In this document: positions 49,947 through 58,254 of the stretch, piece after piece | Numbering within the stretch: position 1 is the stretch's first letter | Layout of the letters: every line of letters begins with the position of its first letter | Assembly: GCA_003523055.1 (NCBI GenBank) | Contig: DPHC01000005.1 | Location: 152,281-216,280, forward strand | Direction of reading: 5' to 3' | Length of the DNA: 64,000 bases | DNA from: Dehalococcoidia bacterium | GTDB taxonomy: Bacteria; Chloroflexota; Dehalococcoidia; Lucifugimonadales; UBA3495 | Translations under genes and position numbers: made by a program | Notes under the pieces: generated by a model | Seen by the model: only the letters and a program-made list of their open reading frames with translations | Told to the model about the DNA's origin: nothing | The model's database searches: none

Positions 49947-50732
49947 ATGAATAAATTGTTGAAACACTTCGCGGTTGCTGGTGTTGTGTGTGTATTTATT
50001 ATGACGTCTCCCAATGTGAAGGCTGATGAACCGGGTACTGTAGTAATTAACTCAACTTTGTTCGAAAGTGCAACCGTAACTATTGATCCCGTTGAGGTAT
50101 TCCCTGGGGCCAAAGTAATGATAACTGGGACTAATTTTCCGAGCGACAGTCCGGTGAGCCAAGGGCATGTTTCATACCGGTATGGAGAATCTCAAACTCA
50201 ATGCGAAGTCCTCGGAGGATATGAAGTTGGGATAGATAAAGGGTTTGTATTTGAGTTCCAAATCCCTTTACAAGCAGGGATTGGCGAACAGGAATATGTT
50301 TATTTAAATAGAGGGTGCGTGAAACCGGTTACAGATTATGTTCGTATACTTGTTTCAGCCTATGAAATACCCCAAGCCAACGTACAAATTGATGATAATG
50401 TAAACAAACTAGAACCTACCGTAGTTCATGAACAATCTACAGATCCAGCGGTCACGATGTGGCAGCAAGGAGTAACTGGAAGGATTGGGCCCAAAGGTGA
50501 TCAAGGAATAACTGGACCAAAAGGTGAAACTGGCCAGAAAGGTGATACCGGCGAGAAAGGTAATATTGGTCTTAAAGGGGATATAGGACCGAAAGGTGAT
50601 ATTGGCCAGATTGGAGAAACAGGGCCACAAGGAGTTGTAGGACCAGCAATCGGGAGCACGATTGCTCTCATTCTGTCCATTGTGGCGCTAGTAGTAGCCA
50701 TAAGTGGATTGATATCGAAAAGATGGATGTGA
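49947..50732 (+). CDS. Second membrane-anchored collagen-like repeat protein with an IPT/TIG-like head
   Basis: ORF track starts at 49920; the ATG at 49947 preceded by GGAGGA is the more likely start. Signal MNKLLKHFAVAGVVCVFIMTSPNVKA. Head contains VTIDPVEVFPGAKVMITGTNF. About 20 G-X-Y triplets (GVTGRIGPKGDQGITGPKGETGQKGDTGEKGNIGLKGDIGPKGDIGQIGETGPQGVVGPA). TM STIALILSIVALVVAISGLI followed by SKRWM. Confidence 0.8.
   Translation: MNKLLKHFAVAGVVCVFIMTSPNVKADEPGTVVINSTLFESATVTIDPVEVFPGAKVMITGTNFPSDSPVSQGHVSYRYGESQTQCEVLGGYEVGIDKGFVFEFQIPLQAGIGEQEYVYLNRGCVKPVTDYVRILVSAYEIPQANVQIDDNVNKLEPTVVHEQSTDPAVTMWQQGVTGRIGPKGDQGITGPKGETGQKGDTGEKGNIGLKGDIGPKGDIGQIGETGPQGVVGPAIGSTIALILSIVALVVAISGLISKRWM
50469..50648 (+). 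repeat. Collagen-like Gly-X-Y coding repeat tract
   Basis: Uninterrupted G-X-Y periodicity with Lys/Asp/Glu/Pro in the X and Y positions. Confidence 0.8.
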
Positions 50733-50738
50733 ACTAGG

Positions 50739-51317
50739 ATGAAGGGTAAGCTAAAAATAACTGTATTTTGTACTCTTGGTTTGGTTTTATTGTGTATTTC
50801 AGCTGGCCCTAAACAAGAATCAGTCCCCCCTCAACCCTTTTATGCAGATTTCTATACTGGAACAGTAAGAGTGCAGGGAACCATACCCGAATTACCGATA
50901 GTTCTTTACGCTTGTGTTGTAAGTTGTGACCGAGAAGGCTTTAAAAGCCGTACCATCGCAGTAGGTCCTGATGGGACCTACGATAATTTACACGTTGATC
51001 CGTCAAATAAAAAATATTTGTATCAAATAGTGACATTTTATTTAGAAACCCCATTTGGAAATATAATGGCAAATGAACATGCAATTATGGAAGGAGCATT
51101 CAGCCGTAATAGGTTGGACTTAACATTTTCTGACCCGGTACCAGTATTTGTGCCTGTAGTTATCCCAGATGAGATAATAGTTCCTGAAACAGAACTACCG
51201 AGTGTCGGAGGACCGATGAATTTTATCAAGTATGTTAAATTCATCGGTTTTATAGGCGTCACTTTATGTTTATTAGGATTAGTGTTCGGGGTTAAAAGTA
51301 CACGATACAGATGTTAA
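50739..51317 (+). CDS. C-terminally anchored envelope protein with an LPSVG motif before the TM segment
   Basis: Signal-like MKGKLKITVFCTLGLVLLCISAG. Beta-rich head (PFYADFYTGTVRVQGT...). Pro/Val-rich linker (PVPVFVPVVIPDEIIVPETE). LPSVGG (51195-51212), then TM FIGFIGVTLCLLGLVFGV and a basic KSTRYRC tail. Starts 6 nt after the previous stop. Confidence 0.65.
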   Translation: MKGKLKITVFCTLGLVLLCISAGPKQESVPPQPFYADFYTGTVRVQGTIPELPIVLYACVVSCDREGFKSRTIAVGPDGTYDNLHVDPSNKKYLYQIVTFYLETPFGNIMANEHAIMEGAFSRNRLDLTFSDPVPVFVPVVIPDEIIVPETELPSVGGPMNFIKYVKFIGFIGVTLCLLGLVFGVKSTRYRC

Positions 51318-51967
51318 TTTGATAAAATTTTGCCTTGCGGATTCAACACATTCAATTCCATATTAGCATTTTCCACGTTAGTTTTTGATAATGTTATGCG
51401 ATTTTGTCTGGTTACTTCACTTTTACCTAATTTACTTAGGAACGGTTCTAGTTCTACATTATTGATGTCGGATCCTGGAGTATTGTATTGCATAGGAATA
51501 ACGATTCCAGGTTCAAGATCCTGAATAACTTGTAATATATCGTCAACTTCTAATGTATTTGGCCCCCCAACAGGAGTTAACAGGACGTCACAAGGACTCA
51601 ACTCATCTATTTGGTTTGGAGTCAGAGGCTTTTTAATATCGCCTAAATGGCAAATATTGAGTCCTCCAATTTTGATATTGTATGCGATGTTACGATTTTC
51701 TACGTCTTCTTCATCTCCTAAAGGAGTCATTACGCCAGTGACGGAAATGCCAGCGTACTCATATTCTCCAGAAGAGTTAAATATCACCGGGTTACCAGAT
51801 ATTATTTCAGTATTATTATGATAATCACTCACATTACTCACTGTTATTATTGATGATTTCAGATCATTCAATTCCAATCCTATGGAATCTGGGAATGGGT
51901 TGGTTATAGCCATTATTTCGTTGTCTCTGAGTTGAAAACATCCATGTCCGATCCATGTTATATCCAT
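51314..51967 (-). CDS. MBL-fold metal-dependent hydrolase (UPF0173-like)
   Basis: MDITWIGHGCFQL start, and HxGD-like (CHLGD). Confidence 0.7.
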   Translation of the reverse strand: MDITWIGHGCFQLRDNEIMAITNPFPDSIGLELNDLKSSIITVSNVSDYHNNTEIISGNPVIFNSSGEYEYAGISVTGVMTPLGDEEDVENRNIAYNIKIGGLNICHLGDIKKPLTPNQIDELSPCDVLLTPVGGPNTLEVDDILQVIQDLEPGIVIPMQYNTPGSDINNVELEPFLSKLGKSEVTRQNRITLSKTNVENANMELNVLNPQGKILSN

Positions 51968-51969
51968 AA

Positions 51970-52572
51970 TTATCCTTTATGCATTTTGTTTACTTGGTTA
52001 TATGTAAGTGGTATGACAATAGCGACTAAAATTATTTTAATTAGGTCTCCTAGAATGAAAGGGAACAATCCATATTCAAAAGTAGTTCCCTCTGGAACCC
52101 AAAATGATAAGACTGCTAACCCGGGTATATAGATTAATGCATTACTTAGTATTAAAGAGGGTAGAATCCACGGCTTTTGAGCCCATCCGAGTTCTATTAA
52201 TTTTCCGATCATGTATGCAGCTGGGATAAATCCTAAAATATACCCCCCTGTACTTAATTGCCAAATCAGTCCTGAGCCACCATTAGAGAATACTGGCAAA
52301 AAAGCTCCTTCAATAATATAGAGAATCATTACAGATGCGCCTCTTTTACTTCCTAAAAGGGCTCCAGTTAGCAATACTACGAATGTTTGAGCGGTTATTG
52401 GGACTGGGGTAAAGCCCAGGTTGATTCTGATTTGAGCAGATAAACTTACTATCAAGCTAAATATTATTACTAGTATTGCGTTCTTGAGAAAATCAATACT
52501 AGGTGAATATCTAGGTATCATCCAGTCTACTAAAACCAAGTGGTTATTGTTGAGGTTCATTTTGAGCTTCAC
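51970..52572 (-). CDS. bioY: Biotin transporter BioY
   Basis: About 6 TM helices. FTPVPITAQTFVVLLTGALLG and GGYILGF motifs. Confidence 0.8.
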   Translation of the reverse strand: MKLKMNLNNNHLVLVDWMIPRYSPSIDFLKNAILVIIFSLIVSLSAQIRINLGFTPVPITAQTFVVLLTGALLGSKRGASVMILYIIEGAFLPVFSNGGSGLIWQLSTGGYILGFIPAAYMIGKLIELGWAQKPWILPSLILSNALIYIPGLAVLSFWVPEGTTFEYGLFPFILGDLIKIILVAIVIPLTYNQVNKMHKG

Positions 52573-52708
52573 TAATTAGAAATATGAACTTAATTATAAA
52601 CTATAAACTGCTTTGCTCATATTGAATTTGAAGGTAAATTATCCTATTTTTGAGGACTCAGTTATAATAATAGGATTAATAAATAATTAGAATAAATATA
52701 AACAATAA

Positions 52709-53395
52709 ATGGACGATATATATAATAATATAATTAAAGAGCCTTCAACTTCTGAAGAACTGATTGATGTTTTTAATAATAATGTTAAAAACGGTGAAGA
52801 TTGGATCCTCAGCCTTTTACGTTTGATTTCTGTATGGACTTTACCTAGTGAAAATTATTTAGGTGTAGAATACAAATACTTAATTCTAGGAGAAGCTTTA
52901 GATTGGTTATCATTAGCAAACAGATTGTCTTTAGGCGTAAAAGAATATATTGATGAAAAAGAGCTAGAAAATTTATTGGTTAAAGGGAAATTGCCTGATA
53001 GATTTTTAACAGAGGATTTTAAAACATTGTTAGGTCCTATCAAATATGGTTATTATTTGAATTATTGGTACGGAGTAGTAATAGAAGAAGCTATTCAAAA
53101 CTCTATAGAGAAAGATGTTAGGAAGCGGCATATAGCTTTATGCTTTCAGGATAATGAAGATCTTTCAGAACAGGTATTCGAGCAATTGTATGGTATTAAC
53201 AGAAAGACTTTAGTTAGAATTTTCATGAATGAGTTAAATAAAAACGATCATGCAAATATGTGTACCACAGAATTAACAGAATTTACTTATTGGTTACACA
53301 AATTACGTATTAATAAATGGGACCCTGCTAGAGTTGCGAGCGATACAAAAAGAGGAATATTAGAATTAGAATCACTTAATATATATTCTTATTAA
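52709..53395 (+). CDS. Hypothetical protein (no family recognised)
   Basis: 228-aa ORF that fills the gap between bioY and valS, with codon usage like its neighbours. Confidence 0.45.
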   Translation: MDDIYNNIIKEPSTSEELIDVFNNNVKNGEDWILSLLRLISVWTLPSENYLGVEYKYLILGEALDWLSLANRLSLGVKEYIDEKELENLLVKGKLPDRFLTEDFKTLLGPIKYGYYLNYWYGVVIEEAIQNSIEKDVRKRHIALCFQDNEDLSEQVFEQLYGINRKTLVRIFMNELNKNDHANMCTTELTEFTYWLHKLRINKWDPARVASDTKRGILELESLNIYSY

Positions 53396-53413
53396 GATAG
53401 AACAGGAAAAAAT

Positions 53414-56119
53414 ATGATCGATAAGAACATAGAACAAATGGATAGTAAATATAATCCCAGCGCAGTAGAACAGAGAATATATAATACTTGGCTAAAAAAC
53501 GGATATTTCTCTCCTGATATTAATAGCGAAAAAGAACCATTTACTATTACGATGCCACCACCGAATGTAACTGGTGAATTACATCTTGGACATGCACTTG
53601 AAAAAGCTATAGAAGACGCATTAATACGTTGGAAGCGCATGAAAGGTTTTGCAGTCCTGTGGCAACCAGGAAGCGACCATGCAGGTATAGCTACTCAGTG
53701 GGCAGTAGAGTTACAGCTAGCAAAAAAAGGAATAAGTAGGCATGACTTAGGGCGTGATAAATTTTTAGAAAATGTTTGGGATCACGTGACTAAATACGGT
53801 GGGATAATTCATGAACAATCTAGGAGATTGGGAATATCTGCAGATTGGACACGGCATTTATTTACATTGGACGAGGGTCCAAGTTTGGCAGTTAGAACTA
53901 CATTTGTAAATTTATATAAAAAAGGCCTTATATACCGTAATGAAAGAATTATAAATTGGTGTCCTAGATGTTCTACTGCATTATCAGATTTAGAAGTTAA
54001 TTATAAAGATGTGCAAGGCAAACTCTATTATGTGAAATATTTTCATTCTAATTCATCTGATTATATAACTGTAGCTACAACACGTCCGGAGACTTTATTT
54101 GGAGACACTGCTGTTGCGATGAATCCATCTGATGAAAGATTTATAGATGGAACTACATTGACCGTTCCATTGTGTGATAGAGAAGTACCATTGATTGCAG
54201 ATGAAGGCATTGAACTTGAATTTGGCACAGGAGTGTTGAAAGTAACTCCAGCTCATGATGTCTTGGATTTTGATATTGGGCAAAGACATGACTTGCCTAG
54301 TTTATGTGTTATTAATAATGATGGCACTTTAAATGAATTATGCGGAAAATATGATGGAGTTGACCGATTTGATGCTAGACATAAAATATCTCAGGAGCTG
54401 GAAGATTTAGGGTATTTAGAAAAAGTAGAAGAATATCAACATTCTGTAGGTAGCTGTCAGCGCTGTGATTCTGTTTTAGAACCTCTTCCGAGTTTACAAT
54501 GGTTTGTAAATGTGGGTTCTCATGAACAAGAAAATTCTATTGCAGGTAAAGCCTATAAGGCTGTAACTAGTGGAGACATATCAATAGTTCCAGAAAGATT
54601 TACTAAGATTTACTTAAATTGGATCTCTAGTATTAGAGATTGGTGTATTAGTAGACAGCTTTGGTGGGGGCATAGGATACCGGTGTGGTACTGTGAGAAT
54701 TGTGAAGGGCTGACGGTTGTAATTGATGTTCCGGATAAATGTGAACATTGTAGTTCGCCTAGCATTTTTCAAGATGAAGATGTGTTGGATACTTGGTTTA
54801 GCTCGGGGTTATGGCCACACTCAACACTTGGGTGGCCAAATGAAACCAAAGCATATGAAAAATTTTATCCGACCTCTGTTTTAGAAACTGGATATGATAT
54901 TTTATTCTTTTGGGTTGCCAGAATGATAATGATGGGGATAGAGAATACTGGAACAGTGCCGTTTAAGACGGTTTTATTGCATGGCTTAATACGAGATTCA
55001 TCTGGTGCAAAAATGAGTAAGACTAGAGGGAACACATTAAACCCGTTAGAATTGATAGATAAATATGGAACTGATGCACTTCGATTTGCATTAACTACAG
55101 GTACTGCTCCGGGAAATGATTTGAGAATATCAGAAGGTAAATTAGAAGCTTCACGTAATTTTACTACGAAAATTTGGAATGCTGCTAGATACGTATTAAA
55201 CATTCTCGACAAAAACAATTTTGCATATAATGGCGAATTATTTGACTCAGATTATAAAATTAATGTTTCTAATAGAGAAGATTTTTGGATATTGAGCAAA
55301 TTAGAACGATTGATTATAGACACTAACCAATCCTTAGAGCAATTTGAAATAGGTGAAGCGCAGCAAAAAATATACGAATTTATATGGAATGACTATTGCG
55401 ATTGGTATATAGAAATGTCCAAAGTGAGAATAGCGAAAGGGGATGAAGACCCACTTAAATGCTTATTGTATGTATTGGCTACATCATTAAAACTCATTCA
55501 TCCATTCATGCCATATATTACCGAAGAAATTTGGCAGGCTATTAATCAAAGATCAGAAAAAGATCTTGATTCAATCATGGTTACGAATTATCCAGAAAGT
55601 ACTAATGTGGCAATACCTGATAGTATTGAAGATGAAATATCTACAGTGATACAAGTGATAAAATCTGTAAGAAATATCAGATCAGAATTTAACATCAACC
55701 CCAAGCATAAAATAGACGCTTTTATAACATCTAATGCTTTTAACGATATATTTAATGATGAATTGGATTTGATTAAATCAACTGCTGCTATAAACGAAAT
55801 TTATTTTACTAATCACACAAATAACGAGAATAACGTTAATTTGGTCATTAATGGCGTAAACTCCTTGCAAGGTGACCTTGTTTTAATGAGTTTACCTCTC
55901 AGTGATGTAGTTGATTTGGATCAAGAAATTAGCAGATTAACCAATGATTTGGAGTCGTGCATTAATAATATAAAACGATTGGATGCCTTAGTATCCAATG
56001 AGAAATTTAGAGAAAAAGCTGACCCGGTAGTGGTCAATAATGAGATTGATAAATTAAAAGCCAGCGAAATTCAAAGAGATCGCTTACAAGAAATAATGTC
56101 TCATTTAAAAAGAGGCTAA
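53414..56119 (+). CDS. valS: Valine--tRNA ligase
   Basis: PPPNVTGELHLGHA (HIGH), KMSKTRGN (KMSKS), C-terminal coiled coil. Confidence 0.96.
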   Translation: MIDKNIEQMDSKYNPSAVEQRIYNTWLKNGYFSPDINSEKEPFTITMPPPNVTGELHLGHALEKAIEDALIRWKRMKGFAVLWQPGSDHAGIATQWAVELQLAKKGISRHDLGRDKFLENVWDHVTKYGGIIHEQSRRLGISADWTRHLFTLDEGPSLAVRTTFVNLYKKGLIYRNERIINWCPRCSTALSDLEVNYKDVQGKLYYVKYFHSNSSDYITVATTRPETLFGDTAVAMNPSDERFIDGTTLTVPLCDREVPLIADEGIELEFGTGVLKVTPAHDVLDFDIGQRHDLPSLCVINNDGTLNELCGKYDGVDRFDARHKISQELEDLGYLEKVEEYQHSVGSCQRCDSVLEPLPSLQWFVNVGSHEQENSIAGKAYKAVTSGDISIVPERFTKIYLNWISSIRDWCISRQLWWGHRIPVWYCENCEGLTVVIDVPDKCEHCSSPSIFQDEDVLDTWFSSGLWPHSTLGWPNETKAYEKFYPTSVLETGYDILFFWVARMIMMGIENTGTVPFKTVLLHGLIRDSSGAKMSKTRGNTLNPLELIDKYGTDALRFALTTGTAPGNDLRISEGKLEASRNFTTKIWNAARYVLNILDKNNFAYNGELFDSDYKINVSNREDFWILSKLERLIIDTNQSLEQFEIGEAQQKIYEFIWNDYCDWYIEMSKVRIAKGDEDPLKCLLYVLATSLKLIHPFMPYITEEIWQAINQRSEKDLDSIMVTNYPESTNVAIPDSIEDEISTVIQVIKSVRNIRSEFNINPKHKIDAFITSNAFNDIFNDELDLIKSTAAINEIYFTNHTNNENNVNLVINGVNSLQGDLVLMSLPLSDVVDLDQEISRLTNDLESCINNIKRLDALVSNEKFREKADPVVVNNEIDKLKASEIQRDRLQEIMSHLKRG

Positions 56120-56123
56120 CTTT

Positions 56124-56978
56124 ATGTTAGCACCTAAGATGTACAGCACATTGGGTATTATTGGTTACCCAATTTCACATTCTATTTCACCAATATTCCA
56201 GCAGTCTGCAATAGATTTTTACGGACTACCGGATATTTATAAACCTTATGAAATAGCTCCAGACCAACTGGGACAATTTATGTCAGACTTGAAAAATACC
56301 GATGCAAAAGGTATTAATGTGACAGTTCCTCATAAACAGGCCGTGATTCCTTATTTGGATAGTATAGATGAGTGGGCAGTAAAAGCAGGAGCTGTAAACA
56401 CAATTGTTAAATCTGGTAGTAAATTATTGGGATATAATACTGATGGGTATGGTTTTATAGAAGGACTAAAGAGATCTTGTGATGTTTCATTGTTTGATTG
56501 TAACGTTCTTATTTTTGGAGCAGGTGGATCCGCGAGAGCTGTCTTACTATCGCTTATTGATGCTTCGGTAAATTCTATTTGTATAGCTAATAGAACATTA
56601 TCTAAAGCTGTTGAGTTAAGAGAAATAGCCAGAAATAATGGTATAACATGCGAAGCTGTTTCTATCGAGGATAAAGAATTTAAAACATTAGTTGGCAAAG
56701 CAAATATTATAGTGAATTGTACGACTATAGGAATGAAAAATGACATTGGAGTGTTACCGTTTGGATCTGAAGAGTTACATAGAGAAACTATTGTTTATGA
56801 TTTAGTTTATAATCCTATTCAAACATCTATGATTACTGAAGGTGAAAAATCCGGATGCAAAATTATAAGTGGAATCGACATGCTGGTGTTTCAAGGAGCA
56901 AAGTCTTTTGAGTTTTGGTTTAAAAAGCAAGCTCCGATAGAAGTTATGTTGAAATCTGCAAAATCTGCAATTTTATAA
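56124..56978 (+). CDS. aroE: Shikimate dehydrogenase
   Basis: GIIGYPISHSISP, NVTVPHK, GYNTDGYGF, GAGGSARA. Confidence 0.88.
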   Translation: MLAPKMYSTLGIIGYPISHSISPIFQQSAIDFYGLPDIYKPYEIAPDQLGQFMSDLKNTDAKGINVTVPHKQAVIPYLDSIDEWAVKAGAVNTIVKSGSKLLGYNTDGYGFIEGLKRSCDVSLFDCNVLIFGAGGSARAVLLSLIDASVNSICIANRTLSKAVELREIARNNGITCEAVSIEDKEFKTLVGKANIIVNCTTIGMKNDIGVLPFGSEELHRETIVYDLVYNPIQTSMITEGEKSGCKIISGIDMLVFQGAKSFEFWFKKQAPIEVMLKSAKSAIL

Positions 56979-57004
56979 AATTATAATTGAAATGAGGGAA
57001 TCTT

Positions 57005-58186
57005 ATGTTTCGATGGTTTACAGCGGGTGAATCGCACGGTCAGGGGTTAGTAATAATGGTTGAAGGTATCCCTGCCGGCTTGGAAATTGATGAAAAATTT
57101 ATAGGCAATCAATTAGGAAGAAGACAGAAAGGATACGGGCGAGGCGGCCGTATGTTAATCGAGCAGGACTGGGCTCACATTGAAACTGGAGTTCGGCATG
57201 GTAAAACCATGGGAAGCCCTATAGCATTAACGATTAAAAATAAAGATTGGGTCAACTGGTTGGAAGCTATGTCAGTGGAAGAAGTTGAAGATTATAAAGA
57301 AGAAGGACGCAATCAAAGAGTTACTAGAATACGACCGGGGCATGCAGATTTGCCTGGAGTGATGAAATATAATTTTGATGATGTTCGTCCTATATTGGAA
57401 CGTTCAAGCGCTAGAGAAACAGCATCTCGTGTTGCTGCTGGATCGGTGGCTTTGCGATTTCTAGAAGAATTTGGGATTAAAATTAAAAGTCATGTTATAT
57501 CCATTGGCAAAGTTAAGATTTCTGACACCAAAAATATAGATTGGAATGAAGTAGAAAAATCTGACGTAAGATGCAGTGATGTAAAGATAGCAGATTTGAT
57601 GCGTAAAGAAATAGATGATGCTAAAGAAGCTGGAGATACTGTAGGTGGTACTGTAGAAGTGATTGCTGAAAATGTTCCAATTGGGTTAGGATCCCATATT
57701 CAGTGGGATTTAAAAATAGACGCAATGATAGCTCAAGCATTTATGTCTATAAATGCCGTTAAATCTGTCTCATTGGGGCCTGGAGAGGAAATAATGAACA
57801 AATGGGGATCTGATGTTCAGGATGTTATATTACCAGTAACTAATCCAGATGAGCCTTGGCAAAGGAAAACTAATAACGCTGGTGGCACTGAAGGTGGGAT
57901 GACTAATGGAATGCCGCTAGTCGCTAGATTTGCGATTAAACCAATTGCGACCATGAGGAATCCTCTACCATCGGTGGATTTAGATACAGGAGAAGAAGTA
58001 ATGGCACATTTTGAACGTTCGGATGTGTGTCAGGTTCCTCCTGCGGGTGTTATTGGTGAATCTATGATGGCTCTGGTAATTGCTAAGTGCATGATCGATA
58101 AATTCGGTGGTGACTCAATGTCAGAAATAAAACGCAATTATAATGGTTATATAGAAACTGTTAAACCCCGAAAAACATATCGGTAA
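57005..58186 (+). CDS. aroC: Chorismate synthase
   Basis: FRWFTAGESHG, GRRQKGYGRGGRM, RPGHAD, ERSSARETA. Confidence 0.94.
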   Translation: MFRWFTAGESHGQGLVIMVEGIPAGLEIDEKFIGNQLGRRQKGYGRGGRMLIEQDWAHIETGVRHGKTMGSPIALTIKNKDWVNWLEAMSVEEVEDYKEEGRNQRVTRIRPGHADLPGVMKYNFDDVRPILERSSARETASRVAAGSVALRFLEEFGIKIKSHVISIGKVKISDTKNIDWNEVEKSDVRCSDVKIADLMRKEIDDAKEAGDTVGGTVEVIAENVPIGLGSHIQWDLKIDAMIAQAFMSINAVKSVSLGPGEEIMNKWGSDVQDVILPVTNPDEPWQRKTNNAGGTEGGMTNGMPLVARFAIKPIATMRNPLPSVDLDTGEEVMAHFERSDVCQVPPAGVIGESMMALVIAKCMIDKFGGDSMSEIKRNYNGYIETVKPRKTYR

Positions 58187-58190
58187 ATTA

Positions 58191-58225
58191 TTGACTTATT
58201 CACGGTTTACGGTAGAATAAGTCAA
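58191..58225 (+). promoter_or_regulatory. 11-bp perfect hairpin after aroC that also contains a promoter-like TTGACT-16-TAGAAT
   Basis: TTGACTTATTC (58191-58201) pairs with GAATAAGTCAA (58215-58225). TTGACT 58191-58196 and TAGAAT 58213-58218 are separated by a 16-nt spacer. Confidence 0.4.
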
Positions 58226-58254
58226 AACTCCTATATTAAAAGAAGGTGAGTAAA

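Noticed and set aside
49370-49967. Alternative-frame and antisense ORFs across the collagen tract (49370-49816 minus, 49543-49761 plus, 49581-49967 minus)
   Set aside because: Periodic GGN-GCN-GCN DNA stays open in several frames. Only the frame giving signal peptide, G-X-Y tract and TM anchor, with a GGAGG RBS, makes a coherent protein.
46601-50732. Visibly higher G+C than the surroundings, considered as a horizontally acquired island or prophage tail-fibre cassette
   Set aside because: No integrase, transposase, phage structural genes, direct repeats or flanking tRNA are present. The compositional shift is explained by Gly/Ala/Thr/Pro-rich coding. The flanking genes (rho, MBL hydrolase, bioY) are core genes.
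53396-53413. Looked for a T-box leader upstream of valS, since T-boxes occur in Chloroflexota and Firmicutes
   Set aside because: Only 18 nt separate valS from the preceding ORF, and I found no T-box consensus in the preceding 300 nt.
53392-53640. 82-aa minus-strand ORF
   Set aside because: It is antisense to the 5' end of valS.
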